Assembly (NCBI GenBank): GCA_035510575.1
Contig: DATKGV010000008.1
Location: 68,618 to 132,617 of the forward strand
Source: Minisyncoccota bacterium
GTDB taxonomy: Bacteria > Patescibacteriota > Minisyncoccia > Phycocordibacterales > UBA9973
Direction: 5' to 3'
DNA length: 64,000 bases
Part shown: positions 18,975 to 27,707 of the stretch, piece by piece
How positions within the stretch are numbered: the first letter of the stretch is position 1
Layout: the number at the start of each line of letters is the position of its first letter
The notes under the pieces: generated by a model
Seen by the model: only the letters and a program-made list of their open reading frames with translations
The model's database searches: none
Told to the model about the DNA's origin: nothing
Made by a program: the position numbers and the translations under genes

Positions 18975-20690
18975 ATGAATTCAGAAACTAAAATCTGCCA
19001 AAATTGCAAAAACAACTTTATTATTGAGCCAGACGATTTTTCTTTTTATGAAAAAATAAAAGTCCCTCCGCCGACTTTTTGCCCGGAATGCAGAATGATT
19101 AGAAGAATGATATGGCGAAATATGAGAGCATTATATAGAAGAGAATGCGGATTATGCAAGAAATCCTTGATCAGTATGTATTCTGATAGCATTCCTGTTT
19201 ATTGCAATAATTGCTGGTATGGAGATAAATGGGATCCATTATCTTATGGAAAAAAATATGACTTCTCTAAGTCATTTTTTATTCAATTAAAAGAATTATT
19301 TAAAACTGTTCCAAGATTATATAGTTTTGCTTATGGTAATTTGATTAATTCCGATTTTATTAATTTTGGCACAGAGAATAAAAATGTCTATTTATCCTAT
19401 TCAGTAGTTGATTGTGAAGACGTTATGTATTCTGAAAATATTGATAATTCAAAGAATAGTTTTGATAATTTTAGTGTTACAAAAATAGATGGGTGTTCAT
19501 TTAATGTAGATTGTGAAGGAAATTACAATACTCATTATGCTATTCAATCTAATAATTGCATTGATTCTTATTTCGTTTTTGATTGCATGAATTGCCAGAA
19601 TTGCTGTTTAAGCTATAACTTGAGAAATCAGAAATATATATTTAGAAATAAAAAATTATCAAAAGAGGAATATGAAGGTGAAATCAAAAAACTTAAATTA
19701 GAAACATATTCTGAATTAGAAAAAACAAAAGAAGAATTTAATGATCTTATTAAGAAAAATGCCATACATCGGTATGCCTTAATTTTTGCTTCACAAAATG
19801 CAACAGGAGATTATATTCACCACTCAAAAAATATAAGAAATTCTTTTGATATTAGCAATAATTCAGAGAATGTAGTTTATAGTGTAAGAATACATGGTGG
19901 CAGAGATTATTATGATGTTCAAGGCGCCAACAAAGCCGAATTATGTTATGAATCAATAGCTCCAAGCTTAAATAGCTATAAAAATTTCTTTTGTTATCTG
20001 ACTAATTTTGGTTGCCGTGAATGCGAATACTCTTTTATTCTTAAGGGTTGTTCAAATTGTTTTGGTTGTTTGGGTCTTGCTAATGCTGAATTTTGTATTT
20101 TTAATAGGCAATATGCGAAGGAAGAATATTTTCCATTAATTGAAAAGATAAAACAACATATGACAAATATGCCATATATAGACGAAAAAGGAAGAACATA
20201 TAAATATGGTGAATTTTTTCCTTATGATATGTGTCCTTTTGGATATAATGAAACTAATGCCCATGACTTCTTTAATTTAAAAAAGGAAGAAGCGATTAAA
20301 ATGGGTTATATTTGGAAAGATCGTGAAAAAAGGGACTATAAAATAACAAAAAATTCATACGATTTACCAGATAATATTTTTGATATTTCTAAGGATATTC
20401 TAAATGAAGTTATTTCTTGTCCAAATAATGGCAATCAAGATTTTCAATGCTCTAGCGCCTATCGCATAATGCCGGATGAGCTCCAATTCTACCAACAAAA
20501 AAAATTACCACTTCCTAAATACTGTCCTAATTGTAGACATTACCAAAGATTAAAATATCACAACCCTTTTAAACTATGGTATCGCAAATGTATGAATAAG
20601 GGATGTACTAATGAATTTGAGACAAGCTATGCGCCAGACAGATCAGAAATTATCTATTGCGAGAAATGTTATCAACAGGAAGTGTATTAG
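18975..20690 (+). CDS. Cys-rich protein with N- and C-terminal zinc-ribbon-like modules
   Basis: 571 aa, >35 Cys; N-term CQNCKNNF...FYEKIKVPPPTFCPECR and C-term CPNNGNQDFQC...FYQQKKLPLPKYCPNCR are clearly paralogous CxxC...CPxCR modules; many internal CxxC pairs. Confidence 0.45.
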   Translation: MNSETKICQNCKNNFIIEPDDFSFYEKIKVPPPTFCPECRMIRRMIWRNMRALYRRECGLCKKSLISMYSDSIPVYCNNCWYGDKWDPLSYGKKYDFSKSFFIQLKELFKTVPRLYSFAYGNLINSDFINFGTENKNVYLSYSVVDCEDVMYSENIDNSKNSFDNFSVTKIDGCSFNVDCEGNYNTHYAIQSNNCIDSYFVFDCMNCQNCCLSYNLRNQKYIFRNKKLSKEEYEGEIKKLKLETYSELEKTKEEFNDLIKKNAIHRYALIFASQNATGDYIHHSKNIRNSFDISNNSENVVYSVRIHGGRDYYDVQGANKAELCYESIAPSLNSYKNFFCYLTNFGCRECEYSFILKGCSNCFGCLGLANAEFCIFNRQYAKEEYFPLIEKIKQHMTNMPYIDEKGRTYKYGEFFPYDMCPFGYNETNAHDFFNLKKEEAIKMGYIWKDREKRDYKITKNSYDLPDNIFDISKDILNEVISCPNNGNQDFQCSSAYRIMPDELQFYQQKKLPLPKYCPNCRHYQRLKYHNPFKLWYRKCMNKGCTNEFETSYAPDRSEIIYCEKCYQQEVY

Positions 20691-20702
20691 ATTAATTAAT
20701 AA

Positions 20703-20745
20703 AATGCTACAAACTCTGCCATGGCAGAGTTTGTAGCATTTTTAA
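20703..20745. terminator. bidirectional rho-independent terminator between convergent genes
   Basis: Perfect ~19-bp palindrome aatgctacaaactctgcca/tggcagagtttgtagcatt flanked by A-run upstream and T-run downstream. Confidence 0.6.
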
Positions 20746-20754
20746 GGATAGAGA

Positions 20755-23277
20755 TTAATTATTCTCCACTTGAAAAGGAATTGTATTTTCTCCGGTATTC
20801 CCTGTAATATCGGTTCCTATAACTTTTATCAGATTATTATCGGAAATATTGGCAACATCGCTTGGAACAAATGATACCGCGAATGGATATGATTTTAATG
20901 ACGTTAAGTAAGTATCATTTATAAACACATCTATTTTTTTAATGGGGCTTTGGCTTTTAGGATTGATAGTGATTGTTATATTCTGGTCTTTCTTGTATAC
21001 AGCATTATCTATGCCAGTTATTTCAAAACTTGGCTTTGAAGTAATCGTATGAATGTTGTCATAAGCGGTTGGTTTATCGTTCTCGGTAACTATTTTATAT
21101 TTTGATTTATTATTTTCCCACCAATTTTGGACCCCATATTCCCAGTTTGTAAATTGAGAATCGCTTGTCGGGTCAGCAGGGCGAGGCCCTAGTGGATTAT
21201 CTTTATTTATCCAATACAAAATGCTATGAACATTTGTTATAGATGTTTCTTTGCGAGTGCTAGCAGGCGTGTACTCCGTAGCCAATCCTCCTCCTACGCT
21301 GTCAGTGACAAAAGTGTCGCCTCCTTGCCAGAACCCGCGCAAAATTGCTGGTATTGATTGATCAATTGGATCCGGCTTGTCAAATGACTCTATCGGCAAA
21401 TTTGCGAGTGCCGCTGTCATGACATCATTCCAAATAGGACCGGCAAGCGCCGCGCCGCCTTTTTTCATCGGAGTATTATCGTTATTGCCGACCCAAACGC
21501 CGACTGCCACTGATGGCGTATATCCTATAGTCCAAGCGTCTCTGTTGTCGTTAGTCGTACCCGTTTTTACGGCAACTTCATGTCCAGGGATAACAAGCGC
21601 GGAATTTGCTCCGAATGTCGGCGTTCTGGCTTTATTGTCCGAAAGTATGTCATCTAATATTCTCGGGATATTCGGATCAAGAACTTGATAAGATTTATTT
21701 TGGTAGCTTTCAAGCACATTGCCAGAGCTGTCTTCCACCGAAAGAATTCCTTGATAAGGATTTCTTATTCCGTCATTTGCAAAGACGCTATAGACGGAAG
21801 TCATATCAAGCAAAGTTGTTTCTCCGCCGCCGATAACAAGCGATAATCCATAGCGGGTCGGATCGTTCAGCGTGCTAATGCCCAAATCATGAGCCATTTT
21901 TAGAGCATCAGGGACGCCGACTAGATACAAAAGTTTTACAGCTACTATATTGATTGATTGAGCAAGCGCATCTTTAAGAGCCATCGGACCGCGATAATTA
22001 TTATCATAATCATCCGGCATGTAGCAGTTGGCATTCTCGTGTCCCGGTAGCGGTTTGCCTGTCGGACTGCACGATGCGTTGAATTCCGTTTTCACGTCGA
22101 ATAATACGGTATCAGCGGTGTACCCTTTTTTAAACGCTTCGGCATATACTATGGGCTTAAACGACGAACCCGGCTGGCGGGATGCTGTTGCAACGTTGAA
22201 ATTGCCGTCAATCGTCTTGTCGAAATAATCGCGCGATCCGACCATTGAAAGTATCTGGCCGGTTTTAGGATCAATTACCACAACTGCGGCATTCTTGCCA
22301 TTCCAATTTTTTTCATTGTCTTTGGCGTGCAATAGGGCTGATGCTTCGGCTTTCTGTTCTAAACCATAATCCAGCGTTGTAATTACTTTTAGTCCGCCAT
22401 TATCAAGCATATCTTCGCCGTACTTGTCTTCCAAATATTGTTTTATGAAAAAAACAAAATGCGGAGCCGCTATATGCATCGGCTGAGCCGGAAGAAATGC
22501 GACTTTCTCGGCGACAGCATTATTATAATCATCCTTATTTATGAATTTCAAATCTAGCATTCTTTTCAATACCAAATTCTTGCGCTCATCCAGCTTGTCT
22601 TTATTTTTGCCGTATGGCGAATAGTACGTAGGCCCATTGGGAATGGCAGCCAGATATGCCGACTCAGCTAAAGTCAGATTATAAGGTTCTTTGCCGAAGA
22701 AGGCCTTTGACGCTTCTTCAATGCCGTAAATATTGCCGCCATACGGAGCTTCGTTCAAATAAAGAGCCAATATGTCTTCCTTGCTCATGACCTGCTCGAG
22801 CTTTATGGCCAGAATCCACTCTTTTATTTTTCTAGTTAAAGTGACATCTGCCGTCAATAGAGTATTTTTGATCAATTGCTGGGTTATTGTCGAACCGCCG
22901 GTTACTTTTTTGCCTGTGAGTTTCGCCCAAATAGTTCCGCGAATTATGGAAGTCAAGCGAATGCCATTGTGCTGGTAAAATTCAGAGTCCTCAATGGCAA
23001 CTGTGGCATTCTTTATATTAACCCCCATATCTTCATAGGGAATGACAGTTCTTTTGATTCCTTGATGGACGTCATAAAGCAAGATCGTGCCGGTGCGATC
23101 GTATATTTTGGTTGAACTTTCTATTTTGCGCTCGGTAAATGATTTGAAATCCGGAAGCTGGAGCGTGCTGATCCAGATGATAACAGCGCCTGTAAACAAC
23201 AGCCCCACCCCGATAATTCCAAAAATCCAATTTCTTATCAAATGCTTCTTAATCTTCATATATGTGTATAATAACAT
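20755..23277 (-). CDS. class A penicillin-binding protein (PBP1A family: glycosyltransferase + transpeptidase) with extra C-terminal domain
   Basis: N-terminal TM; GT51 motifs (IEDSEFYQHNGI, GGSTITQQL); transpeptidase SxxK (SSFKP), SxN and KTGTT motifs; 840 aa. Confidence 0.85.
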   Translation of the reverse strand: MLLYTYMKIKKHLIRNWIFGIIGVGLLFTGAVIIWISTLQLPDFKSFTERKIESSTKIYDRTGTILLYDVHQGIKRTVIPYEDMGVNIKNATVAIEDSEFYQHNGIRLTSIIRGTIWAKLTGKKVTGGSTITQQLIKNTLLTADVTLTRKIKEWILAIKLEQVMSKEDILALYLNEAPYGGNIYGIEEASKAFFGKEPYNLTLAESAYLAAIPNGPTYYSPYGKNKDKLDERKNLVLKRMLDLKFINKDDYNNAVAEKVAFLPAQPMHIAAPHFVFFIKQYLEDKYGEDMLDNGGLKVITTLDYGLEQKAEASALLHAKDNEKNWNGKNAAVVVIDPKTGQILSMVGSRDYFDKTIDGNFNVATASRQPGSSFKPIVYAEAFKKGYTADTVLFDVKTEFNASCSPTGKPLPGHENANCYMPDDYDNNYRGPMALKDALAQSINIVAVKLLYLVGVPDALKMAHDLGISTLNDPTRYGLSLVIGGGETTLLDMTSVYSVFANDGIRNPYQGILSVEDSSGNVLESYQNKSYQVLDPNIPRILDDILSDNKARTPTFGANSALVIPGHEVAVKTGTTNDNRDAWTIGYTPSVAVGVWVGNNDNTPMKKGGAALAGPIWNDVMTAALANLPIESFDKPDPIDQSIPAILRGFWQGGDTFVTDSVGGGLATEYTPASTRKETSITNVHSILYWINKDNPLGPRPADPTSDSQFTNWEYGVQNWWENNKSKYKIVTENDKPTAYDNIHTITSKPSFEITGIDNAVYKKDQNITITINPKSQSPIKKIDVFINDTYLTSLKSYPFAVSFVPSDVANISDNNLIKVIGTDITGNTGENTIPFQVENN

Positions 23278-23318
23278 ACTATATTCTATAAAAATGGCAA
23301 ATATGGTAAAGTATTAAA

Positions 23319-24512
23319 ATGGAAAAAGATAATCAAAATGAACTATTAACTCGCGGAGTTTCTGCTATTTATCCGTCAAAAGAATTTTTGGCTTCAAAAA
23401 TAGCCAAGGGCGAGAAGCTTGCCATATACCTAGGCATTGATCCGACTGGCCCGACGCTTCATCTCGGGCATGCTATTACTATTAAAAAATTGGCTGAATT
23501 TCAAAAAACCGGACACAAAGTCATATTACTAATGGGGGACTTCACTGCCATGATTGGTGATCCGGATAAGCTTTCTGTCCGAGTGCCGTTAACCCGCAAG
23601 CAAGTGCTTTCCAATCTTAAGAATTATAAAAAGCAAGCAAGCAAGCTTCTGTCTTTTACTGGCAAAAATCCTGCCAAAATTATGTTTAATTCCAAATGGC
23701 TTGGCAAAATGAATTTTGCCGAAGTTTTGAATTTAGCTTCAAAAATGACAGTCAGCCAGATGCTTGAGCGCGATATGTTCAAGAAACGAAAAGAGGAAGA
23801 CAAGTCAATTTTTATCCATGAATTCATGTATCCATTAATGCAAGGATACGACAGCGTTGCCATGAATATAGATGGCGAGATCGGCGGCAATGATCAGACA
23901 TTTAATATGCTTGTCGGCCGCGATCTTATGAAAGTTATGAGGAATAAAGAAAAATTTGTTCTAACCATGAAGCTTCTTGAAGACAATGGCGGCAAGAAAA
24001 TGGGCAAGACAGAAAATAACATGGTTTCTCTTTCTGATAATGAAGAGGAAATGTATGGCAAAATTATGAGCTGGAATGACAGCTTGATAATTTCCGGGTT
24101 TGAGCTTTGCACTAACGTACCAATGCTTGAAATAGAAAAAATTGCGACTCTGCTTGCCGAAGGCATAAATCCGCGCGATTTGAAAATGCGTTTAGCTCGA
24201 GAAATCACGGCTATTTATCATGGAGAGAAAAAGGCGAAAGCGGCTGAAGAAAAATTTATAAATACTTTCCAGAAAAATGAAATACCGAATGACATCGAGA
24301 ATATTAAAGTGAAAGGAAACACCTTGCTAGTCGACGCGCTTTTGTCGAAGAAAATAATCTCATCAAAAAGCGATTATCGCCGGCTGGTGGACGAGCGCGC
24401 CATAACCAATCTTAATACGAATCAAAAAGTTTCTTCTTATGCGGAAACCGCCAGCGGCGGAGTTTATCGCATCGGCAAAAAAAGATTCTGCAAAATTATT
24501 TTAGAAAATTAA
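23319..24512 (+). CDS. tyrS: tyrosine--tRNA ligase
   Basis: HIGH-type motif PTLHLGHA, KMSKS-type KMGKTE, C-terminal S4-like RNA-binding domain (LLVDALLSKKIISSKSDYRRLVDERAI). Confidence 0.75.
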   Translation: MEKDNQNELLTRGVSAIYPSKEFLASKIAKGEKLAIYLGIDPTGPTLHLGHAITIKKLAEFQKTGHKVILLMGDFTAMIGDPDKLSVRVPLTRKQVLSNLKNYKKQASKLLSFTGKNPAKIMFNSKWLGKMNFAEVLNLASKMTVSQMLERDMFKKRKEEDKSIFIHEFMYPLMQGYDSVAMNIDGEIGGNDQTFNMLVGRDLMKVMRNKEKFVLTMKLLEDNGGKKMGKTENNMVSLSDNEEEMYGKIMSWNDSLIISGFELCTNVPMLEIEKIATLLAEGINPRDLKMRLAREITAIYHGEKKAKAAEEKFINTFQKNEIPNDIENIKVKGNTLLVDALLSKKIISSKSDYRRLVDERAITNLNTNQKVSSYAETASGGVYRIGKKRFCKIILEN

Positions 24513-24675
24513 TATTCGTTCCCATTCAAATCGGCAAAATCCCCGGCTTCCTCTTCATCATCAACCAAGAGGTCGTCATCTAGCGGGCCATCGCCAAGAT
24601 CAGCGTCGATATCCAGATCATCATCTTCTTCATCTGGACTATTAATTTCTATTTCATCATCGCTATAGCTCATAT
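24510..24675 (-). CDS. possible small highly acidic protein (~54 aa)
   Basis: Manual translation of the minus strand gives MSYSDDEIEINSPDEEDDDLDIDADLGDGPLDDDLLVDDEEEAGDFADLNGNEY with a stop overlapping the tyrS stop; under 60 aa, so absent from the ORF track; no homology recognised. Confidence 0.25.
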
Positions 24676-24747
24676 ATTAAATATCGTTTTATCAAGCAAT
24701 AATTATAATGCACTATTTGTATCAAAATATTATTTTCTTTGCAATAC

Positions 24748-25236
24748 CTAAACACCTGTGGAAAACCTTTCACAGGCAAGACATGTTAATCCTATGGCTA
24801 TAGCATCTAATTCGTCATCCGAATTGATTGAATTGTCCACTTTTATCAGCTTTAGAACCATGCGAATTACCATATCTTTGGTGGCTTTGCCGTAGCCGGT
24901 TACAGCCACTTTTATCTGCGGCGGAGTATATTCAAATATCGAAAGGCCGTTGCGCGACGCGCTATATACGATAACTCCGCGCGCCTCGGCTACTCCCATA
25001 ACTGTTTTCTGATTAGTGGTGAAATATAATTTTTCTATGGCTAGCGCTTCTGGCTTGTATTTTTTTATAACTCTCTCAATTTCATTGCCGATAGCAGTCA
25101 ATCTTTCATGGAAAGGAATTTTAGCAGATGTTTTGAAACAACTCGAATAAACCAGAACGTCTTTTTGTTTCGGTGTTCTCTCTATGACAGCTATTCCGAT
25201 TCTTTCAAATCCCGGATCAATTGCTAGTATTTTCAT
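24748..25236 (-). CDS. ruvC: Holliday junction resolvase RuvC
   Basis: MKILAIDPGFERIGIAVIE N-terminus with catalytic Asp, RNase H-like fold length (162 aa), C-terminal LDAIAIGLT motif. Confidence 0.8.
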   Translation of the reverse strand: MKILAIDPGFERIGIAVIERTPKQKDVLVYSSCFKTSAKIPFHERLTAIGNEIERVIKKYKPEALAIEKLYFTTNQKTVMGVAEARGVIVYSASRNGLSIFEYTPPQIKVAVTGYGKATKDMVIRMVLKLIKVDNSINSDDELDAIAIGLTCLACERFSTGV

Positions 25237-25248
25237 AAATACAATTAT

Positions 25249-25294
25249 ATACTAATTTCACCCCTCAGTCCTTCGGACAGCTCCCCTTCGCAGG
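25249..25294. repeat. left terminal inverted repeat flanking DUF559 gene (contains hairpin gctcccct-tcgc-aggggagc)
   Basis: cacccctcagtc..cagctccccttcgcaggggagcaaaa is the reverse complement of 25667-25712 except for a short central substitution. Confidence 0.75.
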
Positions 25295-25304
25295 GGAGCA
25301 AAAC

Positions 25305-25649
25305 TCAAAACTCTGATTTAATTTTCATCAAAACACTCTCAATATTTTTATCAATTTCATTATTCCAAAATCTTAGAGTTTTTATTCCAAGAGATTTCAT
25401 ATAATTTTCTCTTTCAATATCATATTCTTTTGCTTCTAAGTGTTGAGAACCGTCTATTTCGATAACTAAATTTTTTTCTTTACAATAAAAATCTACAATA
25501 TATGGCCCAATACCTTGTTGTCGTCTAAATTTTATTACTAAATTTTCATTTTTTAAATAAAACCATAATTTGAATTCTTGTGGAGTTAAAGATTTTCTTA
25601 ATTCTTTTCTTCTATCTTTAAATTTTGATTTATTAAAAATCTCATACAT
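25305..25649 (-). CDS. DUF559-type endonuclease-domain protein (Vsr/restriction-endonuclease-like fold)
   Basis: 114 aa; IVDFYCKEKNLVIEIDGSQHLEAKEYDIERENYMKSLGIKTLRFWNNEI matches the DUF559 core (D...E.DG..H pattern); it sits between ruvC and ruvB, flanked by 45-bp inverted repeats. Confidence 0.55.
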   Translation of the reverse strand: MYEIFNKSKFKDRRKELRKSLTPQEFKLWFYLKNENLVIKFRRQQGIGPYIVDFYCKEKNLVIEIDGSQHLEAKEYDIERENYMKSLGIKTLRFWNNEIDKNIESVLMKIKSEF

Positions 25650-25666
25650 AATGATATTATATAATT

Positions 25667-25712
25667 TTTTGCTCCCCTGCGAAGGGGAGCTGTCATTTAT
25701 GACTGAGGGGTG
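25667..25712. repeat. right terminal inverted repeat flanking DUF559 gene
   Basis: ttttgctcccctgcgaaggggagctgtc...ctgaggggtg, reverse complement of 25249-25294. Confidence 0.75.
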
Positions 25713-25713
25713 T

Positions 25714-26706
25714 TTACTTTTCTACATAATCAAATCCTAAATGCTCGTAACCTTTTTTTGTGACTGTTCGTCCGCGAGTGGTGCGCTCAATTAATCCAAG
25801 CTGGATCAGATACGGCTCAATCACTTCTTCAATCGTCGCTTCCTCTTCAGAAGTTGCCGCAGCGACAGTTTTTAATCCGACTGGTCCGCCGCCAAATTTG
25901 CTGATGATTATTTCAAGAATCCGCCTGTCGGACGCAGATAATCCGAGTTCATCAACTTCAAGCAAAGCCAAAGCTTTTTTTACTGTCTCTTTAGATAAAG
26001 GAATTTTGTGGACTTGGGCGTAATCGCGGCAGCGTTTCAGAAAATAATTGGCAATTCGAGGAGTAAATCTGGCGCGCTTGGCTATTTCGTTCAAGGCTTC
26101 ATCATCTAATTTAACTCCAAGTATTTTTGCCGATCGCATCAGGATCTTTTTTATCTCGTCATGAGTATAGAATTCAAGCCGGAATGTTCCGCCGGAGAAT
26201 CGCGAACGAAGAGGGGATGATAACAGCGCAATTCTGGTGGTAGCAGCGATGAGAGTGAATGGCGGAAGTTCAAGCTGTATGGTGCGGGCTGAAGGTCCTT
26301 TGCCGATGATAATATCAAGCACACCGGATTCCATAGCGGGGTAGAGAACCTCTTCAATCATTTTATTCAAGCGATGAATTTCATCTATAAAGACGATATC
26401 GCCGGGCGCAAGATTAGTAAGAATCGAAGCCAGATCGCCGACTTTATCTATCGCCGGACCTGAAGTTATTTTAATCTGCCTGTTTGTCTCTTTAGCTATC
26501 AAATGAGCAAGCGTGGTCTTGCCCAAGCCCGGCGGCCCGTAAAAGAGTATGTGTTCGGCCGGATGGGATCGCTCTTCCGCCGCAGTCAGAAGTATTTTAA
26601 GATTTGCCTTAATATTTTCCTGGCCGATATATTCATCCCAGGCGGTTGGACGCAGCGTCTGGTCAAGGTATCTTTCGTCTTTTGTTGTTTGTTCAGTGCT
26701 TGACAT
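25714..26706 (-). CDS. ruvB: Holliday junction branch-migration ATPase RuvB
   Basis: LRPTAWDEYIGQ, Walker A GPPGLGKTTLA, Walker B VFIDEIHRL, C-terminal winged helix. Confidence 0.9.
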   Translation of the reverse strand: MSSTEQTTKDERYLDQTLRPTAWDEYIGQENIKANLKILLTAAEERSHPAEHILFYGPPGLGKTTLAHLIAKETNRQIKITSGPAIDKVGDLASILTNLAPGDIVFIDEIHRLNKMIEEVLYPAMESGVLDIIIGKGPSARTIQLELPPFTLIAATTRIALLSSPLRSRFSGGTFRLEFYTHDEIKKILMRSAKILGVKLDDEALNEIAKRARFTPRIANYFLKRCRDYAQVHKIPLSKETVKKALALLEVDELGLSASDRRILEIIISKFGGGPVGLKTVAAATSEEEATIEEVIEPYLIQLGLIERTTRGRTVTKKGYEHLGFDYVEK

Positions 26707-26969
26707 TATTTTTTAATTATGATATAGTTCCCAAAGAAATTGATACATCTTGATTATAGCATTTGCGCGAAGAGGACATAAATCTCTAAGCAATCGGCCC
26801 TGCGCTCTACATGCGTGCATAGGACGCCCTGGTTATATTTATATTTACTGGGACTATCCTGTAATCGTATTTTACTTTAAGAATGAATGTTCCTAAAGGA
26901 TTGTTTAGAGATTTATGTTTTTTTCTTTTTTATCTTTACAAGATGTACTTTTAGTTATATCATGTTGTT

Positions 26970-27653
26970 ATGAATAAAAAAAGTAAAATTTTAATAGTAA
27001 TTATTGTTTTATTAACTTTAATAATAGCAGTTTTATTATATTTCTTATTAAACGATAAGATTTCTAAAAACACCAATAAGAGCACCTCAAATAATGTTGT
27101 TACAGATTCAAATTTAACTGTTTTTAAGGCTAAGAATATGCCATTTCAATTTTCAGCTCCGAAAATTTGGAGTATATTTAATCCAGCAGATATTTCGTTA
27201 CCGACCGTTCTAAAACCCGAGTTAGATTTGAATAATAATTTAGAATTACATGATAATCATATTGAATCAGCCTTATTAATTATAAATAAAACCTATCTAC
27301 ATCCAATAATTGATGTGTCTGTTCATAAACTTTCTGAAAATGATTCTTTTAAAAAAGATATTTTTGGTAATGATTCATCTGATCTAGACAATGCTTGCTC
27401 ATCTTTAATAGGTGGTATGGCAGTTCATGGTTGGATTAAAGAGAAAAAGATTATTAATAATCTCACATATATTAGATGTGAAGATATAGAATTACCTGCT
27501 TATGATGATGTTCATTATATTATTACGGACAATAATTACATAGCGTTCTTTTTCTTTAGGTTTAAGGAACAAGGAAGAACATTAAAAGCAGTTGATGACT
27601 ATTCAGCATATTTACCCGATTTTGAAACAATGGTTCAATCAGTTAAATTCTAA
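26970..27653 (+). CDS. membrane-anchored hypothetical protein
   Basis: 227 aa, N-terminal TM (ILIVIIVLLTLIIAVLLYFLL), very AT-rich. Confidence 0.4.
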   Translation: MNKKSKILIVIIVLLTLIIAVLLYFLLNDKISKNTNKSTSNNVVTDSNLTVFKAKNMPFQFSAPKIWSIFNPADISLPTVLKPELDLNNNLELHDNHIESALLIINKTYLHPIIDVSVHKLSENDSFKKDIFGNDSSDLDNACSSLIGGMAVHGWIKEKKIINNLTYIRCEDIELPAYDDVHYIITDNNYIAFFFFRFKEQGRTLKAVDDYSAYLPDFETMVQSVKF

Positions 27654-27672
27654 TTAATTCTTTTTAAAAATA

Positions 27673-27700
27673 AAACTCCTACATTTGTAGGAGTTTTATT
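27673..27700. terminator. bidirectional terminator hairpin between convergent genes
   Basis: aaaactcctacaaatgtaggagtttt with flanking A/T runs. Confidence 0.5.
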
Positions 27701-27707
27701 TTATTTT

